Source of the DNA: the human T2T-CHM13v2.0 reference genome, Homo sapiens
NCBI RefSeq assembly: GCF_009914755.1
Contig: NC_060945.1
Strand: one strand, 5' to 3'
Length of the DNA: 64,000 nucleotides
Made by a program: the position numbers and the translations under genes. Every line of letters starts with the position of its first letter. Positions within the stretch are counted from its first letter, which is position 1. Of this stretch, positions 12,660-24,007 are shown piece by piece. The notes beneath the pieces are model-generated. The model made no database searches. It was not told the origin of the DNA and saw only the letters and a program-made list of their open reading frames with translations.

Positions 12660-13480
12660 CATCAGGCAGTCTCTCTTATACACTGCAACATAAATGGGGA
12701 CAACAACGGTTAAGTGACAATTTGGTAACATCTACCAAAATTACAATGCACAGATTATGTGGCCCAGTAATGCTAATTCCAGGGATTTATCCTTATGATA
12801 TACTACATATTTACACCTGTGCAAATGAAAATTTGCCAGGTATTTCATGGGAGCATTGTTTGTAATACTAAAAAGCTGGACAGGCCACTAGCTGTCAATT
12901 AAACCTATAATGTGTTGGGATTCCAGCTAGCTGGGAGATGAGAATGGAATGAGAGGGACATGCTCTCTCTCTTGAAGGATGCCAAGAATGAAGAGAGAAG
13001 GACCCTGGGTCCCTGACACTATGGGTGCCAGACCTGCTGGGAACAAATGCTCTGGTCTCTTAGATGAGAGAACAAACCCTTCTGCTTTGTTAAACCTATG
13101 TTTATTATTGACAGCAAGTGGCCCATCGAAAGACATTATGGCATGCCCATATTACAAAAGGATGGAAATATTTTTAAGGAAGAAACTTTTAACAGACAGC
13201 TACAAAGCCATCTCCAAGACACTAACTGGATAAAAGCAAGATGGAGAACAGTGTGCATAGTATGTTACCATTTGTATAAAAAGGGGAACAGAGTGTATAT
13301 GTTTACATTTGCTTCTATTTGCATAGAATACCTCTGGAAGGACAGACAAAAGAGTAACTGAGCAAGAGAACTGGGTGGCTGGGGGAACAAGTGTAGTAAA
13401 CAAACTTTGCATTATATGTTTTTGAATTTTGAACTATGTAAATATATCACATATTCAAAAATAATCAAACAAAAAATAAT
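12660..13480 (+). mobile_element. L1M (MC/ME-like) 3' fragment, interrupted at 12883-13123
   Basis: GCATTGTTTGTAATACTAAAAAGCTGGA...; L1M 3' UTR-like sequence on both sides of the patch. Confidence 0.6.
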
Positions 13481-13891
13481 AGCTCATTAGCTTCATCTAG
13501 TGGTCTTATATATATTCTTTAAAATATGTCTGTCTAGATCCCTCTGATTGATTGCCCTACAAATAGGAGAGAAGAAATACTACTGTTTTTGCAATTACAG
13601 TAGGAAAAAGTGGACCCATCTGTACATTTCAGGCAGTGCCTAAAAGTACTGGGGCCAGCTTAGAGAAGTTTATTCAGTGCAGGAAGCACCCTGATCTCCC
13701 ATCATCTGGGGCACAGACTGTCCTAGCTTCTCTGTGACTGAGGCAAGAAAAAAAAAAAAGCACCATAAAGAGCCAGGTAGCTTTTTTTGAGGTTGGGGGG
13801 GTGGGGCAGTGGGAAGGTCCTAGTTTTGATTGGGCAAATAATTTTTCCTGCACCTGTGACCAATCTGGTGAGGATGTTTGAGAAACAATTC

Positions 13892-14181
13892 TTTTTTTTG
13901 GAGACAGTCTCACTCTGTCACCCAGGCTAGAGTGAAGTGACATGACCTCGGCTCATTGCAACCTCTGCCTCTTGGGTTCAAGCGATTCTCCTGCTCCAGC
14001 CTCCTGGGTAGCTGAGATTATAGGCTCCCACCACCACGCCCGGCTAATTTTTGTATTTTTAGTAGAGACAGGGTTTCACCATGTTGGCCAGGCTGGTCTT
14101 GAACTCCTGACCTCAGGTGATTCGCCTGCCTCGGCCTCCCAAAGTGCTGGGATTACAGGCGTGAGCCACCGCACCCTGCCC
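13892..14181 (-). mobile_element. AluS
   Basis: Full reverse dimer with T-tail. Confidence 0.95.
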
Positions 14182-14574
14182 TGAGGAAAAAATGTATTCT
14201 ATGTATTCTAAATATGGGCTGCAGGTATGTGTGTGTGTGTTTGTAGGTTTAGAAAGAGAGCATTCTCTATTCAGTGGAGAGAGCAAGGTACAGAAACAAC
14301 AGTGGACAGAGCATGCCACCATTTGTGTGAAAAAAGAAGAGAAAGAGAGATCTTTAAATATACTTTGTACTTGTGAAGAATATTTATAGAATACACAAGA
14401 AACTGTAACAGTAGTTGCCTCTGGGGGTCTGGGGGAAGGAGATCAGTTGTACCAGGGAGACTTACTTTTAATCAAATAACCTGTCTACTATTGGAGTTTT
14501 ACTTCAGGTACGTGCTGCACAGCAGCTATTCAAGACATGTTTTAAAGAGAAGGGAATTTCAGTTTATATGATGT

Positions 14575-14692
14575 CCTTCCATCCCCTCCTTCTTTCCTTC
14601 CTCCCTTCCTTTCCTTCCTTCCTTCCTGCCTTCCTTCCTTCCTTCCACTCTCCCTCCGTCCCTCAACCCCCCTTTCTTTTTTATTTCTTTCT
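14575..14692. repeat. (TTCC)n-rich polypyrimidine tract
   Basis: Direct reading. Confidence 0.85.
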
Positions 14693-15839
14693 TAGTGCAA
14701 ACTGTAAACACCGCCTAAACAGAATGGCCTCTTTGCTTAGACAAATGCCTTCGATTCAACCTAGAAGCAGATGACCTTTTGTTGTTGTTGTTGTTGGAAG
14801 TGGGGAAAGAAAAAAGGAATCAATGTCTAAAACTCCCACACTTTGCAAAGTCACAGAACCCAAGTTCTGCCTGGTCACAACTGCAGTCAAGGAATGTCTT
14901 GCTCCCACCTTAAAGTCATTCTTCCTGGAGCCAACGAAGTCACTTAAAGACCAGTGGGCTCAGCTTTCCACACACACCTGCCTCTTCTTTGGGCAAAGTG
15001 GGAACCAATTCTTCCCTCTGTATCTGCAGGGAAAGACTCTGCAAAGGAGAGCGAGCTCTGGGCGCAGAGCGCCAAAGGGCCCAGGAGGAGAGCACGCCTT
15101 CCGTTCTTGTCAGGAGGGGGCCCTGACCCCAGGGTCTTCCCAGCACAACCATCCACACAGTGGAAACAGATTTCAGGGGGTCCAGCTCTGGCCAGTTTTT
15201 CAGGGCTGAACGAGCCCTGGGCAAAGGAGAGGAAGAGGCAAAGGAGAGGAAGGTCTAAAAGGGATTGAATGGTGCAGCCCTACACTGTTAAAGGGGATTG
15301 GGTGGATCTTGTTTTTATATGGGAAGACATCTAAGAGGTGCTGAGAAATGAAATAAAGCAGGTTACAAAGTTTGTATACAACCAGGCTGGAAGGGCATTC
15401 ATCAAAATCTTGACAGTGGTTTGCTGGGAGGGGCAGAGGTGTTGAAATGGTAATGGTGACGTTTGCTTTCTGTATCATTTCAAAGTTTTGGTTTGTTTTT
15501 GTTTATAATGCACATGCATGTTTTTAACAGCATGCTTACTGAATGTTATTTCACAGGTGGTCAAGGGGTTTGAAGGCACGACTATTCATATGATTTGGGA
15601 GAGGTTGCTGAATCTCCAGGAGATACCCTTGTGAGCTTCAGACTGGGGTCTGTGTCTGGGACTGGAAGACCCCAGGACATTGGAGAGAGGAGCAAAGCCT
15701 AGAGCATGAGCCCCAGAAGACGCCACTGTGCCGGTGCACCACCTGGGGACTTTGGCTTATGTGGATTCTGTTTCAGTAGATCTGGGTGGGATCGAGATCT
15801 TTTATTTCCAACCAACACCCACGTCCCAGGACCTCACTG

Positions 15840-16625
15840 GAAAGAGGCGGGCGGGCGCGGGGAGCCTTCCTGAGGTTCCTGGTTCTCAAGAGCCGGGTGT
15901 AAGGAAGGAAAATCAAAGATTGAATTTAGATGTATGTATTGGAGGGGAATATTGGAGGAAGGGGGAGCAGGGGAGCACGCCCAGCCTCCTCTCCTGTCTT
16001 TCCCGCCCCCTTGTCTAAACTCAAAACCGAGTCCGGGCGCGCCTTGCAGGGCGCCCGAGCTCTGCAGCGGCGTTGCGGGCTGAACCCATCCGGCACAAAC
16101 TGCGGGCCACTGGCCCCTCACACCTGGGAGTTTGCGGCGCTGGCCTGCAGCCCGGGGCCCACGTGGCGGAAGCTTTCCCGGGCGCGCGCTGCGCAGCCCC
16201 GCGGGGCCGGGGAGACACCGCTCGGGAGTCCTCCGCTCGGCTGCAGAATCTTTATCAGCTGCACTTTACCGCAGCCCTGGCTAGGACGCTAGGCGGTGGA
16301 GCGCCCTATCCAGGTGCGCCGCCGCACCATGGATCACCGCGCCCGGTCCCGCAGTCCCGCCATGGCCTGGGGAGGCCCGAAGCCCGGGGACAGTGGCCGG
16401 CCCATCTCCGGCTCCGCGGACCCCCGGCTCAGGCGGGAGGGCAGGCGGGTCCCTGCAGGCCCCCAGGGAGCCCGGGAGCCTCTCTCTGGCGTCATTCAGT
16501 CCCGGGGCAACCTGAAGCGCGGTAGATATTGGAGAGGGGGCGTCTGTTGGGGGGACCTGGCGTCATTACTGATGGCTAGCAGGGAGGAGGGAACGGGTTG
16601 TCACCTCGGCCTCATAAGGCCGTGA
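15840..16625. promoter_or_regulatory. CpG island ~6 kb upstream of OLIG2
   Basis: High GC, dense CpG, not repeat-derived. Confidence 0.75.
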
Positions 16626-18759
16626 GTGAGTAGTCCAGGGCCTCTTCAGGCATTTTTGAAACTGGATTAACTAGGGGGGAAATTGTAGCACTGAAGCCAC
16701 CGTGACTGTCTTTTGCGCTGTGTGGAAACTCCGGTAAAACTCTTTGGGCAACAGTCTTATCACCAGCTCTTCAACGTGTGCAGCCCTTCTGGTCCTGTCC
16801 CTGTTCTGGGCCCCAGGAATGCAAAGCAGGTCCAGGCACTGTGAAGACCCTGGCGGTGGAGGAAGAGGCTTCCCGGCTGTGGAGGAAGCCAGACCCTTAC
16901 AACACAAGACGAGAACCAGACCTGCGTGGGGGAGCTCTGGATGCTACAGGGGCTCAAGGAGGGGTGGAGGGGCCTTCCCAGGCCAACCCCTGAACGGCTT
17001 GGACAAGATGCTCAGATGGACGGGAGGAACGGCGTGTGGGATGGGGGAGCTGGAGGCGGGTGGGTGGGGGGGGGAGGATGGGGAAAGCGCTGGCCCACCC
17101 AGTGTGGGAGGGGTAGAGGAAAAGCCCGCAGGGGCCAGGTTGGGACCCCGTAGGCCGGGTTAGAGGGCTTGGACTTGATCCTGACAGGCGACAGGGAGAC
17201 ATATTGCTACTTATTATGTGCACAGTGGCCAGATCTCTAAAGAAAACACCATCCCCCACCCCCACCCCCCATATAGTAAACCAGGTGGTCCGCCCAGTGC
17301 TCCCAGGGAGGTGATGGGAAATCCCACTCCATACCCTGCGGTGAGGGGTTCCATGCCCTCCACGTGTGCAACTACTCCGGGCCCAGGGAAACACTGGGCC
17401 CCATCCGGTAACCCCCGGCCCAGTCGGGTTTCCCAGTTCACATTATAACCAAACGGTCTTGCCAGCTAGACAGACAGACACCCCTGACCTGTTTACCCTG
17501 ATCCTCTGCTCTCAGGATTAATCACAACTTGTCGAAGGGGGTGGCTTCCAGTGGGGTGGACCGCTCTGTCAATGCCAGCGTGTGTCTAGCATCTCCTGGG
17601 GTGGGGGTGTGGGGAAGGGAGGTGTAGGATGAAGCCCTAGAAGCCTCAGGCAATTGTGATCCGGTGGGCTGGATACTGAAGCCCACCCCTGCCTTGACCT
17701 CAATTTTCAGTATCTTCATCTGTAAAATGGGAACAACCTGCCTTCCTCCTAGCCCTAAAGGGGCTGCTGTCAAGATTGGCTGAGATAGCTGTTTGCAAGC
17801 TGAGCTCAATGAAAGTTCATTGTGTCCCCCTCAGTCCTATCCCAATATCGTCTCACTGCAAAGGTGGGGGGCAGCTTAACTTCAAGGGCACTTCAAGGAT
17901 AGCCAGGTGGCTGTCAGCCCAGCTTTCCAGGATGGGAGCAGGATCTTGACAGAAGGGTTGACTGGGAGGGGCAGTTGCTGGTTTGGGCTTCGTTAGGTTG
18001 CATTTTTGTTTGTTGTCCTTTCATTTCCCTGGGGCAGCACCCCTTCCTGCAAGCTCCAGGCCTTCCTCTGGAATGCTCCTAGAGCCCAACCTCTGCTGGT
18101 GCCTGAGCTTAAGCCAGGCCAGCTAAGGGGATCCTGGATTCACACGGCCTCACAGTCACTCAGATTGTTAGCAGAAGACAAAAATTACAAGGGGAGGGCG
18201 TCATGTGATTCTTACACACCCTCCAAATCCAGCAGACACCTTGGAAGCCACAGGTAGCTTCAAGAAACCCATTTTACGGATGAGAACCTGAGATGGAGAA
18301 AGGACAACTGGAGATCTCTGAGTCTCTGAGCCCACACTCCCTACCTCCCTGCACCTCCAGGCACTCTGCTGGCAGGATCTTGGGCAAATGCCCACAGCTC
18401 TCTGAGAGTCAGTTTTCCTGTCTGTAAAATGGGAGTCATACCTTCCTCCTATGGCCGGTGAGAGACTAAATTAAACTATGTCTGTCAAGACACCTGAAAC
18501 TCCTGGCACAATTTAGGTTGCCTTCAAGTGGTCACAGTTGTCATTAGGTGGAAGTCAACACCCCAATCATTGTAAAGGTGCCCATATACCCCAAGATCCA
18601 GATTACAGCTCTCACAGTTTATTATATACAGCGAAAAAACACATAACACACCTTTGCCCACATTTACATGTATTTTACGGACCATGTTTCACATCAGTCC
18701 GCATGCACATCTGCACGTGTGTGCATTCGGCAGTATTTACCAAGCACCTGCCAAGTGCC

Positions 18760-20400
18760 AGGGCCTGTCCTCCGCACCCGGCGTGAACTGTCCTGGACCA
18801 GTCCCGGGAGCCGCGGTTCTGACCAGCCGTGCTGACCCTGGACGACTCCATGAGCTGTTTTGTGAGAAAGACACGCCATTTGTTTGCAGAGTTCTGACTT
18901 CTGAGGGGTCATGTAGCACATGTTTGGTAGCCAAACGCTGTCATTCACGACCAGGAGCGATGGCTGCAATGCCTTTTTCTTTGCTTTGCTTTCCGGTGCC
19001 GGGAGCCTTGCCTCCCGCCGCCACCCCTGGTCAGCTCTGCGCAAGAACGTCGTTCTGTTTGGCAGCCAGGCCGAGACGCAGCCTGAATGTGAGCAGGAAC
19101 TCGGAGAAGGGAAGGGAGAGAATCAGAAAGAAGGCCCGGGAGGGACCCGGGAAGCAGTGGGAGGTCTGCGCCCTGGAGCCCCGCGAGAGCCCGCCGGTTT
19201 GGCACGGGCTCCTCCCGGGCCGCCCGGCGGTCCAACAAAGGCCGGCCCCGACACGCACCCGGTCTTTTGTGGGAGAGAAACACAAAGAAGAGGGAAAAAC
19301 ACGGAGGAGGCCAACAGCACCAGGACGCGGGGGCCAACCAGGAACTCCCGGAGCCGGGGCCCATTAGCCTCTGCAAATGAGCACTCCATTCCCCAGGAAG
19401 GGGCCCCAGCTGCGCGCGCTGGTGGGAACCGCAGTGCCTGGGACCCGCCCAGGTCGCCCACCCCGGGCGCCGGGCGCAGGACCCGGACAAGTCCTGGGGA
19501 CGCCTCCAGGACGCACCAGGGCAAGCTTGGGCACCGGGATCTAATTTCTAGTTATTCCTGGGACGGGGTGGGGAGGCATAGGAGACACACCGAGAGGTAC
19601 TCAGCATCCGATTGGCACCAGGGCCAAGGGAGCCCAGGGGCGACACAGACCTCCCCGACCTCCCAAGCTACTCCGGCGACGGGAGGATGTTGAGGGAAGC
19701 CTGCCAGGTGAAGAAGGGGCCAGCAGCAGCACAGAGCTTCCGACTTTGCCTTCCAGGCTCTAGACTCGCGCCATGCCAAGACGGGCCCCTCGACTTTCAC
19801 CCCTGACTCCCAACTCCAGCCACTGGACCGAGCGCGCAAAGAACCTGAGACCGCTTGCTCTCACCGCCGCAAGTCGGTCGCAGGACAGACACCAGTGGGC
19901 AGCAACAAAAAAAGAAACCGGGTTCCGGGACACGTGCCGGCGGCTGGACTAACCTCAGCGGCTGCAACCAAGGAGCGCGCACGTTGCGCCTGCTGGTGTT
20001 TATTAGCTACACTGGCAGGCGCACAACTCCGCGCCCCGACTGGTGGCCCCACAGCGCGCACCACACATGGCCTCGCTGCTGTTGGCGGGGTAGGCCCGAA
20101 GGAGGCATCTACAAATGCCCGAGCCCTTTCTGATCCCCACCCCCCCGCTCCCTGCGTCGTCCGAGTGACAGATTCTACTAATTGAACGGTTATGGGTCAT
20201 CCTTGTAACCGTTGGACGACATAACACCACGCTTCAGTTCTTCATGTTTTAAATACATATTTAACGGATGGCTGCAGAGCCAGCTGGGAAACACGCGGAT
20301 TGAAAAATAATGCTCCAGAAGGCACGAGACTGGGGCGAAGGCGAGAGCGGGCTGGGCTTCTAGCGGAGACCGCAGAGGGAGACATATCTCAGAACTAGGG
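18760..20400. promoter_or_regulatory. CpG island upstream of OLIG2
   Basis: High GC, dense CpG. Confidence 0.8.
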
Positions 20401-21879
20401 GCAATAACGTGGGTTTCTCTTTGTATTTGTTTATTTTGTAACTTTGCTACTTGAAGACCAATTATTTACTATGCTAATTTGTTTGCTTGTTTTTAAAACC
20501 GTACTTGCACAGTAAAAGTTCCCCAACAACGGAAGTAACCCGACGTTCCTCACACTCCCTAGGAGACTGTGTGCGTGTGTGCCCGCGCGTGCGCTCACAG
20601 TGTCAAGTGCTAGCATCCGAGATCTGCAGAAACAAATGTCTGAATTCGAAATGTATGGGTGTGAGAAATTCAGCTCGGGGAAGAGATTAGGGACTGGGGG
20701 AGACAGGTGGCTGCCTGTACTATAAGGAACCGCCAACGCCAGCATCTGTAGTCCAAGCAGGGCTGCTCTGTAAAGGCTTAGCAATTTTTTCTGTAGGCTT
20801 GCTGCACACGGTCTCTGGCTTTTCCCATCTGTAAAATGGGTGAATGCATCCGTACCTCAGCTACCTCCGTGAGGTGCTTCTCCAGTTCGGGCTTAATTCC
20901 TCATCGTCAAGAGTTTTCAGGTTTCAGAGCCAGCCTGCAATCGGTAAAACATGTCCCAACGCGGTCGCGAGTGGTTCCATCTCGCTGTCTGGCCCACAGC
21001 GTGGAGAAGCCTTGCCCAGGCCTGAAACTTCTCTTTGCAGTTCCAGAAAGCAGGCGACTGGGACGGAAGGCTCTTTGCTAACCTTTTACAGCGGAGCCCT
21101 GCTTGGACTACAGATGCCAGCGTTGCCCCTGCCCCAAGGCGTGTGGTGATCACAAAGACGACACTGAAAATACTTACTATCATCCGGCTCCCCTGCTAAT
21201 AAATGGAGGGGTGTTTAACTACAGGCACGACCCTGCCCTTGTGCTAGCGCGGTTACCGTGCGGAAATAACTCGTCCCTGTACCCACACCATCCTCAACCT
21301 AAAGGAGAGTTGTGAATTCTTTCAAAACACTCTTCTGGAGTCCGTCCCCTCCCTCCTTGCCCGCCCTCTACCCCTCAAGTCCCTGCCCCCAGCTGGGGGC
21401 GCTACCGGCTGCCGTCGGAGCTGCAGCCACGGCCATCTCCTAGACGCGCGAGTAGAGCACCAAGATAGTGGGGACTTTGTGCCTGGGCATCGTTTACATT
21501 TGGGGCGCCAAATGCCCACGTGTTGATGAAACCAGTGAGATGGGAACAGGCGGCGGGAAACCAGACAGAGGAAGAGCTAGGGAGGAGACCCCAGCCCCGG
21601 ATCCTGGGTCGCCAGGGTTTTCCGCGCGCATCCCAAAAGGTGCGGCTGCGTGGGGCATCAGGTTAGTTTGTTAGACTCTGCAGAGTCTCCAAACCATCCC
21701 ATCCCCCAACCTGACTCTGTGGTGGCCGTATTTTTTACAGAAATTTGACCACGTTCCCTTTCTCCCTTGGTCCCAAGCGCGCTCAGCCCTCCCTCCATCC
21801 CCCTTGAGCCGCCCTTCTCCTCCCCCTCGCCTCCTCGGGTCCCTCCTCCAGTCCCTCCCCAAGAATCTCCCGGCCACGG

Positions 21880-22110
21880 GCGCCCATTGGTTGTGCGCAG
21901 GGAGGAGGCGTGTGCCCGGCCTGGCGAGTTTCATTGAGCGGAATTAGCCCGGATGACATCAGCTTCCCAGCCCCCCGGCGGGCCCAGCTCATTGGCGAGG
22001 CAGCCCCTCCAGGACACGCACATTGTTCCCCGCCCCCGCCCCCGCCACCGCTGCCGCCGTCGCCGCTGCCACCGGGCTATAAAAACCGGCCGAGCCCCTA
22101 AAGGTGCGGA
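21880..22110 (+). promoter_or_regulatory. OLIG2: OLIG2 core/proximal promoter
   Basis: TATAAAAA 22078-22085; GC boxes ccccgccccc from 22028; reverse CCAAT (ATTGG) at 21886 and 21991; SOX-type CATTGTT 22021-22027; inside a CpG island. Confidence 0.85.
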
Positions 22111-22199
22111 TGCTTATTATAGATCGACGCGACACCAGCGCCCGGTGCCAGGTTCTCCCCTGAGGCTTTTCGGAGCGAGCTCCTCAAATCGCATCCAGA
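22108..22199 (+). other. OLIG2: OLIG2 exon 1 (5' UTR); start approximate
   Basis: Begins ~30 nt after the TATA box; ends at consensus donor CCAGA|GTAAGT (GT at 22200). Confidence 0.8.
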
Positions 22200-22973
22200 G
22201 TAAGTGTCCCCGCCCCACAGCAGCCGCAGCCTAGATCCCAGGGACAGACTCTCCTCAACTCGGCTGTGACCCAGAATGCTCCGATACAGGGGGTCTGGAT
22301 CCCTACTCTGCGGGCCATTTCTCCAGAGCGACTTTGCTCTTCTGTCCTCCCCACACTCACCGCTGCATCTCCCTCACCAAAAGCGAGAAGTCGGAGCGAC
22401 AACAGCTCTTTCTGCCCAAGCCCCAGTCAGCTGGTGAGCTCCCCGTGGTCTCCAGATGCAGCACATGGACTCTGGGCCCCGCGCCGGCTCTGGGTGCATG
22501 TGCGTGTGCGTGTGTTTGCTGCGTGGTGTCGATGGAGATAAGGTGGATCCGTTTGAGGAACCAAATCATTAGTTCTCTATCTAGATCTCCATTCTCCCCA
22601 AAGAAAGGCCCTCACTTCCCACTCGTTTATTCCAGCCCGGGGGCTCAGTTTTCCCACACCTAACTGAAAGCCCGAAGCCTCTAGAATGCCACCCGCACCC
22701 CGAGGGTCACCAACGCTCCCTGAAATAACCTGTTGCATGAGAGCAGAGGGGAGATAGAGAGAGCTTAATTATAGGTACCCGCGTGCAGCTAAAAGGAGGG
22801 CCAGAGATAGTAGCGAGGGGGACGAGGAGCCACGGGCCACCTGTGCCGGGACCCCGCGCTGTGGTACTGCGGTGCAGGCGGGAGCAGCTTTTCTGTCTCT
22901 CACTGACTCACTCTCTCTCTCTCTCCCTCTCTCTCTCTCTCATTCTCTCTCTTTTCTCCTCCTCTCCTGGAAG
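22200..22973 (+). other. OLIG2: OLIG2 intron 1
   Basis: GTAAGT donor; branch-like CACTGAC 22901-22907; long (CT)n polypyrimidine tract; acceptor GGAAG|TTTTCGG. Confidence 0.8.
22908..22967. repeat. (CT)n microsatellite in OLIG2 intron
   Basis: Direct reading. Confidence 0.9.
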
Positions 22974-23035
22974 TTTTCGGGTCCGAGGGAAGGAGGACCC
23001 TGCGAAAGCTGCGACGACTATCTTCCCCTGGGGCC

Positions 23036-24007
23036 ATGGACTCGGACGCCAGCCTGGTGTCCAGCCGCCCGTCGTCGCCAGAGCCCGATGACCTTTTTCT
23101 GCCGGCCCGGAGTAAGGGCAGCAGCGGCAGCGCCTTCACTGGGGGCACCGTGTCCTCGTCCACCCCGAGTGACTGCCCGCCGGAGCTGAGCGCCGAGCTG
23201 CGCGGCGCTATGGGCTCTGCGGGCGCGCATCCTGGGGACAAGCTAGGAGGCAGTGGCTTCAAGTCATCCTCGTCCAGCACCTCGTCGTCTACGTCGTCGG
23301 CGGCTGCGTCGTCCACCAAGAAGGACAAGAAGCAAATGACAGAGCCGGAGCTGCAGCAGCTGCGTCTCAAGATCAACAGCCGCGAGCGCAAGCGCATGCA
23401 CGACCTCAACATCGCCATGGATGGCCTCCGCGAGGTCATGCCGTACGCACACGGCCCTTCGGTGCGCAAGCTTTCCAAGATCGCCACGCTGCTGCTGGCG
23501 CGCAACTACATCCTCATGCTCACCAACTCGCTGGAGGAGATGAAGCGACTGGTGAGCGAGATCTACGGGGGCCACCACGCTGGCTTCCACCCGTCGGCCT
23601 GCGGCGGCCTGGCGCACTCCGCGCCCCTGCCCGCCGCCACCGCGCACCCGGCAGCAGCAGCGCACGCCGCACATCACCCCGCGGTGCACCACCCCATCCT
23701 GCCGCCCGCCGCCGCAGCGGCTGCTGCCGCCGCTGCAGCCGCGGCTGTGTCCAGCGCCTCTCTGCCCGGATCCGGGCTGCCGTCGGTCGGCTCCATCCGT
23801 CCACCGCACGGCCTACTCAAGTCTCCGTCTGCTGCCGCGGCCGCCCCGCTGGGGGGCGGGGGCGGCGGCAGTGGGGCGAGCGGGGGCTTCCAGCACTGGG
23901 GCGGCATGCCCTGCCCCTGCAGCATGTGCCAGGTGCCGCCGCCGCACCACCACGTGTCGGCTATGGGCGCCGGCAGCCTGCCGCGCCTCACCTCCGACGC
24001 CAAGTGA
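23036..24007 (+). CDS. OLIG2: Oligodendrocyte transcription factor 2 (bHLH, 323 aa), CDS entirely within exon 2
   Basis: [23 protein letters not shown]... with b[57 protein letters not shown]-terminal S10/S13/S14 motif, Ser/Thr box, poly-Ala tract; strong Kozak ggggccATGG. Confidence 0.99.

Noticed and set aside
12883-13123. Patch as a new MITE family with 17-bp TIRs
   Set aside because: Interior is copied from adjacent DNA and only a 2-bp flank duplication exists; not supportable without other genomic copies
13200-14520. Similarity between ~13250-13420 and ~14290-14470
   Set aside because: Low identity, explained by related old L1M 3' ends
18654-19693. 237-aa and 257-aa ORFs in the upstream CpG island
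   Set aside because: Stop-poor GC-rich DNA open in several frames at once; P/G/R/A-biased with no recognisable domain
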